DNA from: Hungateiclostridiaceae bacterium UBA1305
GTDB lineage: Bacteria; Bacillota; Clostridia; Acetivibrionales; DTU013
DNA: 64,000 bases
Direction of reading: 5' to 3'
Assembly: GCA_002307275.1 (NCBI GenBank)
Contig: DBTX01000068.1
Location: forward strand, 3,065-67,064
The position numbers and the translations under genes were made by a program. Positions 47,685 through 56,323 of this stretch are shown piece by piece. The notes beneath the pieces were generated by a model. It was not told the DNA's origin and did no database searches. It saw only the letters and a program-made list of their open reading frames with translations. Every line of letters starts with the position of its first letter. Position 1 is the stretch's first letter.

Positions 47685-49265
47685 CTACTGATACAACGAT
47701 TTAGTCAAAAAGCTCACAGTAACTTTTTCAGCTACTCTGGCAATCAAGTCCTTATAGAATTCATTTCTCTGCTCTGCTTGTTCCTCGGTTACCGGTCGCC
47801 GTAAAGTAGTATTATAATAGTTCTCATTAATATTAATAGAGAATCCATCAAAACCAGCAAGGATAATCTCTCTTGCACCAAGTTCTTCAAGTAGCTTTAA
47901 AGCAATAACACTCGATGAATCATAGGTTTTTTCATCAACAATTATCCACTTCTGGTAGTCAACTACATAAACCAAATCGGTACAGGTCTGTGTCAGCCGC
48001 GATGGCACAATAATGGCTTTTCCTTGTTCTTTTGCTTCGGCAAATATTTCTGCACGTGTGGTTAAAACATAATCCGTATTAAATTCAAAGTTGTTCAAAC
48101 TGATAGAGAATATATCTACTTCCGACAAGAGCGCGTTAATTTTTCTCGCGGCATCCTTTATGCTCTTGCCAGGTGCCACCAAAAGAACCTTTTTACCCTC
48201 AACGCATTCTTTAAGCTTCTTTATAACCTCGGCGTCATCAAAAGTCTTGCTGGCATTGTATTTCAAATATAGGTTCTCCGCGTATTGTCTGTCGAAAGAA
48301 TTTTTCTTTTCTTCGTCAATCATACCTAGCAGTTCGGCTACCTGATCAATCGGTAGCATATGTTTATTGTAGAAATGCCCCGCGTAGCTTGGCGTACAAT
48401 GATTGACTGAAGACAAATAGTATTCAGCAGCATAACCCCAATACAATTCTTTATGAATCGTGTTTATTACCTGATCAATTAACTCAAGAAGCGGGGTGAT
48501 TTTGTAATGCTTCCCGTAATAAAGGTTTAAATGCTCCAACAGTAATTCCGTGTTCAAATTACCCGCGCCCTTGCCCATGCCCATGACGGAAGCATCAAGT
48601 ATTAAATTCCTGATGGTCGGAAAGTTGAGTAACTCCATAGCATTAGAATAGGAAAGCTGCAAATTATTATGAGAATGGAATCCTAGCGAGATACCAGGGT
48701 TCAAATTGTTGTCTACCAGATGCATGAGACGGGTAACGTCCGTACCACGCATTTCACCAAAACTGTCAACAATATAAAAGCCTGCTGCATCAGATAGTGA
48801 TTCATTAACAGCCTTTATAAGCTCAAGCAACTCCATATCGGAATACCGCATCGTAAGCATCGGCTGAACATAGAACTGGTACCCCTTGTCAATTACCTTC
48901 CGTCCGAGGGTTATAACATCCTTCCAATTCTTCTTGTGGAAGGCAAGCCGGATACCGTCAATACCATTTTCCTGCCTGTCCTGAAACTTGCCGACATCAA
49001 ATGTACCATAATCCATCATCGCTACATAAGTTTTGCCGAGCTGCTTATGCTTTAAGAAATTTGTCGATATTACCTGCTCATTGGAGAATTGCGTACGCCC
49101 GGAATCAGAGCCGCTTTTCTCATTAATGTATCCGAGTTCGATAAAGTCAACGCCGGATCGTTCCAACGATTGTAAGATTTTATCCATATAGTCCTGACCG
49201 AAATTAAAGTCGTTGACGCATCCACCATCACGAAGAGTTACGTCCAATACTTTTATGGAATTCAT
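47685..49265 (-). CDS. Fusion protein: N-terminal HMGL-like (DRE-TIM metallolyase/aldolase) domain plus a C-terminal DUF115/MptE-like domain
   Basis: N-terminus VLDVTLRDGG...HSHNNLQL (metal ligands) as in DmpG/HMGL-like enzymes. The C-terminal part has KKVLLVAPGKSI...DYVLTT...EIILAGFDGFS, resembling the DUF115 pattern GNGPSL...D...G.D. Confidence 0.65.
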   Translation of the reverse strand: MNSIKVLDVTLRDGGCVNDFNFGQDYMDKILQSLERSGVDFIELGYINEKSGSDSGRTQFSNEQVISTNFLKHKQLGKTYVAMMDYGTFDVGKFQDRQENGIDGIRLAFHKKNWKDVITLGRKVIDKGYQFYVQPMLTMRYSDMELLELIKAVNESLSDAAGFYIVDSFGEMRGTDVTRLMHLVDNNLNPGISLGFHSHNNLQLSYSNAMELLNFPTIRNLILDASVMGMGKGAGNLNTELLLEHLNLYYGKHYKITPLLELIDQVINTIHKELYWGYAAEYYLSSVNHCTPSYAGHFYNKHMLPIDQVAELLGMIDEEKKNSFDRQYAENLYLKYNASKTFDDAEVIKKLKECVEGKKVLLVAPGKSIKDAARKINALLSEVDIFSISLNNFEFNTDYVLTTRAEIFAEAKEQGKAIIVPSRLTQTCTDLVYVVDYQKWIIVDEKTYDSSSVIALKLLEELGAREIILAGFDGFSININENYYNTTLRRPVTEEQAEQRNEFYKDLIARVAEKVTVSFLTKSLYQ

Positions 49266-49303
49266 GAATGATTGCCTCCCTTGAAATTTGTTCCTAACTT
49301 TTT

Positions 49304-49948
49304 TCAGATCTCAAAATTCAGAAGAGCCTCCGCCAAACGGAAATCTTCGGGATTGTTAATATCGACAGCTTCTTTGAAAGTGACCTCCTTTACGAATGGG
49401 TTTAGCCCGATACGACGGTGGTACTTGCTATATGATTCTTTTGTAAATACATAAACTCCGGAAGTTTCGCGATAAATAGGTTTTAGGTCCTGACTGCGCG
49501 GCACATTGGTAGCATCAAAGTTGAGCGGTTCCCCATCCTTCCATAGATAGTCTTGAATCTTTGTAGCGCAGAATGCAGAGTCATATTCGCCCGTTTGAAC
49601 TGCATAAATGCACTGTTTCATTGTCTCTACTGTAATGAAGGGCGCTGTAGCATGCGCATAGACATAAATATCAGAATCAATTTCTTTCATAAAACAGTCG
49701 AATATCTGCGTGAAATTCGATGTGGGCAAATCAAGATATTCGGGCCGCTTGATAAACCTCACACCTGCTGATAAAGATTCACATACGGCTTCATTACTGC
49801 AATAAACATTTACGCTATCCAGCATTTCGAGCAATAGGAGGTTGTCCAGTTCATATTGCAAAAGCGGCTTCTTACCTAATAGTTTTGTATTTTTGCCCGG
49901 TAAGCGTTCATTGTTCAGTTTTATAGGCATTATTGCAACGATTCTCAT
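49304..49948 (-). CDS. Acylneuraminate cytidylyltransferase family protein (NeuA/KdsB/SpsF-like CMP-sugar synthetase)
   Basis: IMPIKLNNERLPGKN N-terminal nucleotide-binding motif, PRSQDL...YRETSG, and C-terminal VDINNPEDFRLAE. Confidence 0.8.
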   Translation of the reverse strand: MRIVAIMPIKLNNERLPGKNTKLLGKKPLLQYELDNLLLLEMLDSVNVYCSNEAVCESLSAGVRFIKRPEYLDLPTSNFTQIFDCFMKEIDSDIYVYAHATAPFITVETMKQCIYAVQTGEYDSAFCATKIQDYLWKDGEPLNFDATNVPRSQDLKPIYRETSGVYVFTKESYSKYHRRIGLNPFVKEVTFKEAVDINNPEDFRLAEALLNFEI

Positions 49949-49985
49949 AATAAGTACTCCTTTTGAATTATACTTCCGAGTTTTT

Positions 49986-51446
49986 CTACTTGAAGATAAA
50001 GCCCAACATAAATTTCAACTTGCCAAACGCAAAAAGCGATAGTATAAATAATACCCCAGAGATAAGAAGTTTTATAGAGATACTGAGGTATTTATTCCAC
50101 TCTGGCAAAAAACTAACACTCAAAACAGAAACAGTGAAGTACACAGCAAACAATAGAAAATCCGTAGCTAGTCGTCGGGCAAAGTCAGAGAATTTAACAC
50201 CAAAGCATTTTTTAATCAACCAGTAAAAAGTAACATAAGTATTCGATGTGTACGCAATAGCAATAGTGACCGATAGAGTATAAATACTTCCGGCAATTAG
50301 TCCGATTACGGTCAATAAAACAGTAATCACTGTATTAATAATTCCAGTTTGTAGTAATAACTTTGTATCTCCCAAACTCTGAAATACTGCAACTGTTGTG
50401 GCATAGATCATTTGCATACAAATAGATAGGCTTAATATCTTAAAAGCAAGAATTGAGTTCTCCCATTGCTCGCCAAAGGCAATAAGAATCAATTCATCGG
50501 ATGAAAGATAACAAAACGTGGTAACAAAAACACTAACCAATAATGTGAATCTTACTAATCTTACATATTTTTCAAAAATATACTTCTTGTCGTTCTGGAA
50601 GTCTGAAAGTATAGGATGCAATACGGACGCAATTATTACAGAGAAATTGTTAAGCGGAAACATGGTTAGTTTATATGCTTTGTCATAATAACCAAGCGCG
50701 TTTGCTCCAAAAACCTTGCCTGTCAAAAGATTATCCGTGTTCCGCGCGAAATAATTAATTATTTTAAAGACAAATAAACTAGATGAATATCCATAAATCT
50801 TTCTTATTGCTCCTTTATCAACCTTTACCTTAAATCTCGGTTTCGTATTCAGATAATTCCAAATGCAATTAATAAAAGCACTCACTATCGACAGCAAAAC
50901 AAGAGAATAATACGAAAGTCCACGATAAGCAGCTATTATTGCCACCAGACTTCCGATTAAAGTTGAAACAAGAAGCCGAACACCTATTAAAAGGAATTTT
51001 TTATCTCTTCTTAAAATGGCATCTGGTACAACAGTCCAAACGTTAAACAAAATAGAAATCGAAAGTGCAAAACAAATAGGTATATATATTGAATTACCAT
51101 AGAAAAAAGATATAGGAAAAGCAAGCATGACAAAAATTACGCATATTACAAACCCCATATAAATAGAAACCGAAAAAATGGAGTCTACATCATCCTTTGT
51201 TAAATCCTTTACTTGTATTACTGCTGCGCCTATGCCCAAATCAGATATTATCGTAAAAAATGTAGTGAAAACATTCACAACAGCAACGATACCATATTCG
51301 TCTGGTGTTAGCAATCGTGCTAATATCATGTTTAGTATAAATTGCAAAACAACCGTAGCGTATTTGAATACTGTTGTTGTAATTACCGCTCTTTTCAACG
51401 ATGTAGGCTGTTGCTTTTTTTCCGGATTCAATACGAGCTTTCTCAT
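49986..51446 (-). CDS. wzx: Wzx-type polysaccharide flippase (MOP superfamily)
   Basis: 486 aa with ~12-14 TM helices. Typical N-terminus (...TTVFKYATVVLQFILNMILARLLTPDEYG). Confidence 0.85.
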   Translation of the reverse strand: MRKLVLNPEKKQQPTSLKRAVITTTVFKYATVVLQFILNMILARLLTPDEYGIVAVVNVFTTFFTIISDLGIGAAVIQVKDLTKDDVDSIFSVSIYMGFVICVIFVMLAFPISFFYGNSIYIPICFALSISILFNVWTVVPDAILRRDKKFLLIGVRLLVSTLIGSLVAIIAAYRGLSYYSLVLLSIVSAFINCIWNYLNTKPRFKVKVDKGAIRKIYGYSSSLFVFKIINYFARNTDNLLTGKVFGANALGYYDKAYKLTMFPLNNFSVIIASVLHPILSDFQNDKKYIFEKYVRLVRFTLLVSVFVTTFCYLSSDELILIAFGEQWENSILAFKILSLSICMQMIYATTVAVFQSLGDTKLLLQTGIINTVITVLLTVIGLIAGSIYTLSVTIAIAYTSNTYVTFYWLIKKCFGVKFSDFARRLATDFLLFAVYFTVSVLSVSFLPEWNKYLSISIKLLISGVLFILSLFAFGKLKFMLGFIFK

Positions 51447-51616
51447 GTAACTTCATCCTGAAATTTTTTAGAGTTACACATATCATCACATAGGTTAATA
51501 GCGGTCATCTCATCAAGTGCATATTTCAACAGCGGTTTTCCTCCTAGATGTCAATTGTTTTTTTGGAATAAATGTTCATTATTTAATTTGATGGGCATTA
51601 TCGAGGGGATTTTCAT
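51443..51616 (-). pseudogene. Ghost of a second cytidylyltransferase gene (N-terminal ~57 codons, in-frame stop)
   Basis: Minus strand reads MKIPSIMPIKLNNEHLFQKNN*HLGGKPLLKYALDEMTAIN..., parallel to MRIVAIMPIKLNNERLPGKNTKLLGKKPLLQYELDNL of the 49304-49948 gene. It ends in an ATGA overlap with wzx. Confidence 0.7.
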
Positions 51617-51619
51617 TGA

Positions 51620-52183
51620 TCAGACCTCATTCAAAATATACTCATCAGTAGCATGATCGTTTGATAGTATCCTACCTGGATTGCCCAAAACAATCGAATT
51701 ATCAGGCACGTCAAAATTCACCATCCCCCCCCCCGCAATTAGTACATTATTCCCAATTTTAATGTTTCCAACCACTATTGAGTTAGGACCTATCCAAACA
51801 TTTGATCCTATTTGAGGCGCGCCTTTTCTAAACCCTCTATTTTCTTGGCCAATAGTCACGCCTTTTGTTATATTAACATTATTGCCGATTATTGTATTCT
51901 TGTTAATTGTGATAGCTCCATAATGTGTGATTTTAAAACCTTTTCCAATCTCTACTTGCCAAGGTATCTCGATTCCCGAATAAACAGAATATCTGTATAG
52001 TTTATACCTAAAAAACATAAATAAGGGTTTATACCTTCTAGCCCAATTTGTAGCACGATGTATAACCATGAATTTGAATCCAGGACATAAAAAAAAGTGT
52101 TTTAGAAAATACCGTATGGATTTGTTCCTTTCGTATCGAAACAGGTCTGCTTTTATCAAAGAAACGAGTAGTTTAAAATTCAT
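51620..52183 (-). CDS. Hexapeptide-repeat O-acetyltransferase (serine acetyltransferase/WcaB-like)
   Basis: Left-handed beta-helix repeats IGNNVNITKGVTIG, IGSNVWIGPNSIVVGNIKIGNNVLIAGGGMV. N-terminal helical region as in the CysE/WcaB family. Confidence 0.85.
   Translation of the reverse strand: MNFKLLVSLIKADLFRYERNKSIRYFLKHFFLCPGFKFMVIHRATNWARRYKPLFMFFRYKLYRYSVYSGIEIPWQVEIGKGFKITHYGAITINKNTIIGNNVNITKGVTIGQENRGFRKGAPQIGSNVWIGPNSIVVGNIKIGNNVLIAGGGMVNFDVPDNSIVLGNPGRILSNDHATDEYILNEV
51725..51734 (-). repeat. Homopolymeric G10 tract (C10 on plus) inside the O-acetyltransferase coding sequence
   Basis: Minus strand reads CTA ATT GCG GGG GGG GGG ATG GTG, encoding LIAGGGMV. The reading frame is currently intact. 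Confidence 0.95.
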
Positions 52184-52201
52184 TGCTGTTACCCCACTTA
52201 T

Positions 52202-53032
52202 TTATTCGTATAAGTCATATGGAAAAGTTGCGAACAGGTTCTGCTGAAGCGTTTCCAAATTTGGAACTTGGATAGGAACTCTGCTAAACGCTTCCTCCTC
52301 AGTACCACAGAATTCTATATTCAATCTTCTTGTGCTCATGAAATAATCATAGTATTTAAATAGCAACTGTTTTTTTGGTAACAGTGGGATTACTGGTATG
52401 CCATATGCTTCTGCAATAATTATTCCGTGTAAGGAAGACGAAATGATTATCTCGCACTTGTTAATTTCATCAATGACGCATAGGGGGTTTTCGTTTCTTG
52501 GATTGATTACTCTCGCTCCCATCTTGACTTTCCAATCATTTTCCGCGTAATGATTAATGATCCCGAATTTATTTTCCTTGCTAACATTAGGTTTGTAAAT
52601 TTTTGGCATTAATATAGCGGGATCTCCATACAATTCGGGTACTTCATGTCCGGCTGATTTCAAAAATTCCTTTGTTAATGGACCGCGAATCATTCTTATA
52701 TCAAGCTTTCTGTATATTTTCATCAATGACGTAAGATGCCCAAGTATTCCGCTCCCCCAAACCGTTGCGTTCTGGTATCCTAAATCCAGAATGCTTCCAC
52801 ATGCATAAAGATGTTTTGTCGTTATCGTTTTTTCTATTCCAGTTATTCCTTTTTGATACAGCAAATGCTTCACTATTATTGGTGATAATAAGTCTCCAAA
52901 ATTTTTGTTCCTATATGCAGTTTTTGAGGCATAATGCAGATTAACTCTATTCTGGATGGTATGCCTGCTTGGATCGTCAAGAATAATTCTGTTTCTTAGT
53001 AGGTAACTTGTCGCAATTCTTGATATATTCAT
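52202..53032 (-). CDS. Polysaccharide pyruvyl transferase (ExoV/GumL/CsaB family)
   Basis: NFGDLLSP, GSIL, VWGSG, RGPLT, GDPAILMP and SSSLHGIIIAEAYGIPV match the PS_pyruv_trans motif series. Confidence 0.8.
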   Translation of the reverse strand: MNISRIATSYLLRNRIILDDPSRHTIQNRVNLHYASKTAYRNKNFGDLLSPIIVKHLLYQKGITGIEKTITTKHLYACGSILDLGYQNATVWGSGILGHLTSLMKIYRKLDIRMIRGPLTKEFLKSAGHEVPELYGDPAILMPKIYKPNVSKENKFGIINHYAENDWKVKMGARVINPRNENPLCVIDEINKCEIIISSSLHGIIIAEAYGIPVIPLLPKKQLLFKYYDYFMSTRRLNIEFCGTEEEAFSRVPIQVPNLETLQQNLFATFPYDLYE

Positions 53033-54322
53033 TTACTTTACCAATCTCTTTCTAATTATTGATAAAGACATTCCCACACATATTGATAAAATAATTCCTT
53101 CATTCATTATGTAAATTGGGAAACTAACCATACCATGAATGAGGAATGTAATACACACCATCAGTGAAAAAAGTGACATCGGCAGCAGTTCCCTGTAGTA
53201 TTTGCAAACTTTAACTGCCTTGAAACATATTATTAAACAACAAATGAAAAAAGAAAAATATAACACTGATCCAACCAGCCCTGTTTCGGCCAATAATTGC
53301 AAATACATGTTATGCGCTTCGTTAACACTACCTTGCCCATATAAACTATTTAGGTTGGAGAAACTACCTAATCCGTTTCCAAATATTGGCTTTTGTTTGA
53401 ATAGTTGGATAGCATATTGCCAAAGATCTAACCGACCATTTAAAGTCGAATAATCATTTAGTGAAGTAAACCTCTGAATTGTAATATTTGCCTGTGGGAC
53501 AAAGATCAATATAGCAATGGTAATAATTGAGAAGATCAAAAAAAATCGAAGAATACTCTTTCTGATTTTTCTATCACTTAGAAAAAACAACATAATAAAA
53601 ACAACACAAACAATAATTATCACTTGACTTCGCTGACCAGTGCATAGCATTGCAGCAAAACATATCGTGCAATACACCATTTGTTTAAGCTTAATTTTTC
53701 CTTGTGATAGTATACCTGATATAAAATAACACATCGCAATATTCATTGAGGCTGCAGCTAAGCCTCTTGCACCATTCAATCCAGAATACTGGCCAGCACT
53801 GTATTCGTGCAGCAACCTACCGACATTTGTAAAGTAAAAATCAAAAATAGTAATGAAATTGTTTTTCAGAATGCTTGATACAATGATAAATGCTGCGTAA
53901 AATAGAGCAACTGGTTTAATTATGTTGTATGTACTTCTGTACAAACTTAATCGAACAGGCAATAACGTTATTATTCCGTACAATGAAAACTGGAGAATAG
54001 TATCAAGGATATTTGCATTGCTTACGTTAATAGCTGTCATTTGTATCGCTATAAAAGCAATATAAATGATTAAAGAACCATAATATATACGCGGGTTACT
54101 TTTCAATTCCATATTAGCAACGCAGCACAAAATGTATATAATTATGTAAACAAATGCACAATTGGAGTATATTGTAAATCCCTTAGACCCCCCTAGGCAG
54201 AAAAATACCAAGAGTAAAATCGCTAAATTAACAATAGTACTCTTAATACTGAGTTTCTCATTAAAATGCTGTCTCCAAAATTGACTAAGATAAGTCTCAT
54301 TTATTATTACATTAATCTCCAT
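53033..54322 (-). CDS. wzy: Wzy-type O-antigen/polysaccharide polymerase (O-antigen ligase-like family)
   Basis: ~10-12 TM helices, with a large loop carrying NEAHNMYLQLLAETGLVG (Wzy_C-type motif). Confidence 0.8.
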   Translation of the reverse strand: MEINVIINETYLSQFWRQHFNEKLSIKSTIVNLAILLLVFFCLGGSKGFTIYSNCAFVYIIIYILCCVANMELKSNPRIYYGSLIIYIAFIAIQMTAINVSNANILDTILQFSLYGIITLLPVRLSLYRSTYNIIKPVALFYAAFIIVSSILKNNFITIFDFYFTNVGRLLHEYSAGQYSGLNGARGLAAASMNIAMCYFISGILSQGKIKLKQMVYCTICFAAMLCTGQRSQVIIIVCVVFIMLFFLSDRKIRKSILRFFLIFSIITIAILIFVPQANITIQRFTSLNDYSTLNGRLDLWQYAIQLFKQKPIFGNGLGSFSNLNSLYGQGSVNEAHNMYLQLLAETGLVGSVLYFSFFICCLIICFKAVKVCKYYRELLPMSLFSLMVCITFLIHGMVSFPIYIMNEGIILSICVGMSLSIIRKRLVK

Positions 54323-54468
54323 ATTTGTTCCTTTGTAATAGATCTATGTCCACCCTTAGAATCGTATCCAGCAAAGCACCACACTCTACATTATATACAT
54401 TCACACCTACTTCATCGCAAACACACCTGTTTACGCTCATCGATAAAGGGGCTCTTATTGCCGATGCT

Positions 54469-55326
54469 TTATTCATTATTCTCTACAACCTCATCTAAAC
54501 ACTGTCTCTTAAAGGCTTCCAATTTTCCACCTCTAGTGCAATTAATAATTCGTATACTATGGGTTTCGGCAAACCTCTCAGCTGTTCTATATGCAGTATC
54601 TGCAATATTCTTGTTTTGAATGTTGTAAGTTGTTGTTTTTACATCCCCAAAGTAATCTCTTATTTCTCGATTAATAATTAATTTGCCTTTCTCATCTATG
54701 CTCTGCGAATAGTTGTGATCAATTCCCAATAGATAAATCTCTGTGAATCCCATGTATACAGCTATTTGTATTGCGTTATATACTACCGTTTCTCCAGCTT
54801 CGGTTGCAGTACATATATCTGAACTGAATCTGATAAACGACCTAGGTTTGTATTTCTTAAGGTAAAATGGTTGACGATTATATACATAGAAAATTTTGTT
54901 TGATTTTTTTATACCACAATGTTGGCCGAATAATGAAACAAAACAAGTTGAGTCGGTAGATATGCTCTCAACTTTGTTGCTTATATCCGATAAAGTCTTT
55001 TCTTCTACACACATCCAAAAATTTGGGCGCCAATCCGTTTTATCGTAAAGCTGAAAGATTCGATTACAGCCAAATGTGACCTCGTTCTTTATCATTTCCA
55101 AATCTTCAGTCCGAAGGCTGGGACCGTTGCCGATTATAAAACAACGTTTGCCCTTATAAGCGTCTTTAAAACTTGAGAGTTCTTTGGCGCTTTCACTATG
55201 AGCAAATTTCAGATCTGACATCAATATTTTAAGAGCAAAGTACGGATATACTATGGTTCTGATGATCAAGTTATTATTCAAAAGATTTCTGGTTAATATT
55301 TTGATATCTGAAAAGTTATATCTCAA
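54469..55326 (-). CDS. DUF115 (MptE/Maf-like) protein, putative ulosonic-acid transferase
   Basis: GKRCFIIGNGPSL...GCNRIF...DWRPNFWMCVE...IYLLGIDHNY follows the DUF115/MAF_flag10 pattern. Confidence 0.65.
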   Translation of the reverse strand: MRYNFSDIKILTRNLLNNNLIIRTIVYPYFALKILMSDLKFAHSESAKELSSFKDAYKGKRCFIIGNGPSLRTEDLEMIKNEVTFGCNRIFQLYDKTDWRPNFWMCVEEKTLSDISNKVESISTDSTCFVSLFGQHCGIKKSNKIFYVYNRQPFYLKKYKPRSFIRFSSDICTATEAGETVVYNAIQIAVYMGFTEIYLLGIDHNYSQSIDEKGKLIINREIRDYFGDVKTTTYNIQNKNIADTAYRTAERFAETHSIRIINCTRGGKLEAFKRQCLDEVVENNE

Positions 55327-56323
55327 TTCTACACCTCTTTAACCTGCTCTTCTGAAGAAGCGGCCTTACTATTCCATGTAAAATGCCAATCAATCTAATA
55401 AAAACGAAGCGTAGTATTATTTTACTCGCTAACTGGATTAATTTTCTGCTCTTGGTCATGCTGGTAGGACGTAGCGGTGTATTACCCCAAGCGGTCTTAC
55501 CTCTGTATTCGAGGTAGGTTTGTGTCATCTTATGATCGCAGTTTTGCATCCAGGGACGTCCATTTACCATAAAAAATGTATCGAAATGAACAATACAAGG
55601 GTTATGCAAAGAGGAATTCACCTCGGCTTCGGTATAAAGAAACTGCGGCCGCCTGGCTGAAGAAATTTCACGGTAACTACACATGTAGAATAAAGAAATT
55701 ATGTTAAATCGCAATGGAAAATAGAAAATATCATCTTGCAAAATTTTACAAATGATATCGTTGTCCGGGAATTCGAGCAAACCGTTATATTCCTTTATCG
55801 CTTTAACCAGAATCTGTTGCCAGCCGTTTTCCCGGTATTTATTCAAATCAATAACCAACATTCCACTATTAATATAGTAACTTGTATCCTTGATGCCCAA
55901 GTTTCGATTATACCTAATATTTCTACAGTCCCTAACGGCTCCCAGAGTTTTGCCTTGAAAATTTTGTTTCCATAGCGACATCATTGAATCAAGAATTAAT
56001 GTATCGCAGTCGATATATATCACTCGCTCAATTTCTGTAGGTAACAACGTTCCCAGCAATATCCGGGAGAACATACTCTCGGAATATCTTTTTATATCAA
56101 CTGTTTCTCCTATGATATTAGAAATGTCAGGCATGTTAATAAAATAAATATCACATTGATAATTCGAAGTTGAAGATTCTATTCTTGTTTTGTTATCGTC
56201 GGAAATATTCTGAGAAATAATGTACACATTAACTAATTGACCCTTATTGTTCTCAAGTAGCGATACAAGCGATACTGTTAATACTTCTGCAAAATTATTG
56301 TCTGATGCGTATACGATGTTCAT
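55316..56323 (-). CDS. Glycosyltransferase family 8
   Basis: MNIVYASDNNFA...VIYIDCDTLILD (DxD)...YINSGMLVIDL, typical of GT8 retaining transferases. Confidence 0.85.
   Translation of the reverse strand: MNIVYASDNNFAEVLTVSLVSLLENNKGQLVNVYIISQNISDDNKTRIESSTSNYQCDIYFINMPDISNIIGETVDIKRYSESMFSRILLGTLLPTEIERVIYIDCDTLILDSMMSLWKQNFQGKTLGAVRDCRNIRYNRNLGIKDTSYYINSGMLVIDLNKYRENGWQQILVKAIKEYNGLLEFPDNDIICKILQDDIFYFPLRFNIISLFYMCSYREISSARRPQFLYTEAEVNSSLHNPCIVHFDTFFMVNGRPWMQNCDHKMTQTYLEYRGKTAWGNTPLRPTSMTKSRKLIQLASKIILRFVFIRLIGILHGIVRPLLQKSRLKRCRIEI

Noticed and set aside
54323-54468. A 42-codon minus-strand ORF (MSVNRCVCDEVGVNVYNVECGALLDTILRVDIDLLQRNKYGD) in the DUF115-wzy spacer.
   Set aside because: It is too short and I could recognise no homology. 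It could be one more gene fragment, but there is no supporting evidence.
53537-54915. A7-A8/T8 tracts inside wzy (about 53537-53544) and the DUF115 gene (about 54905-54911) as additional phase-variation sites.
   Set aside because: Runs of 7-8 A/T are common by chance in about 25-30% GC DNA, unlike the G10 tract. They are not reported as switches without population data.
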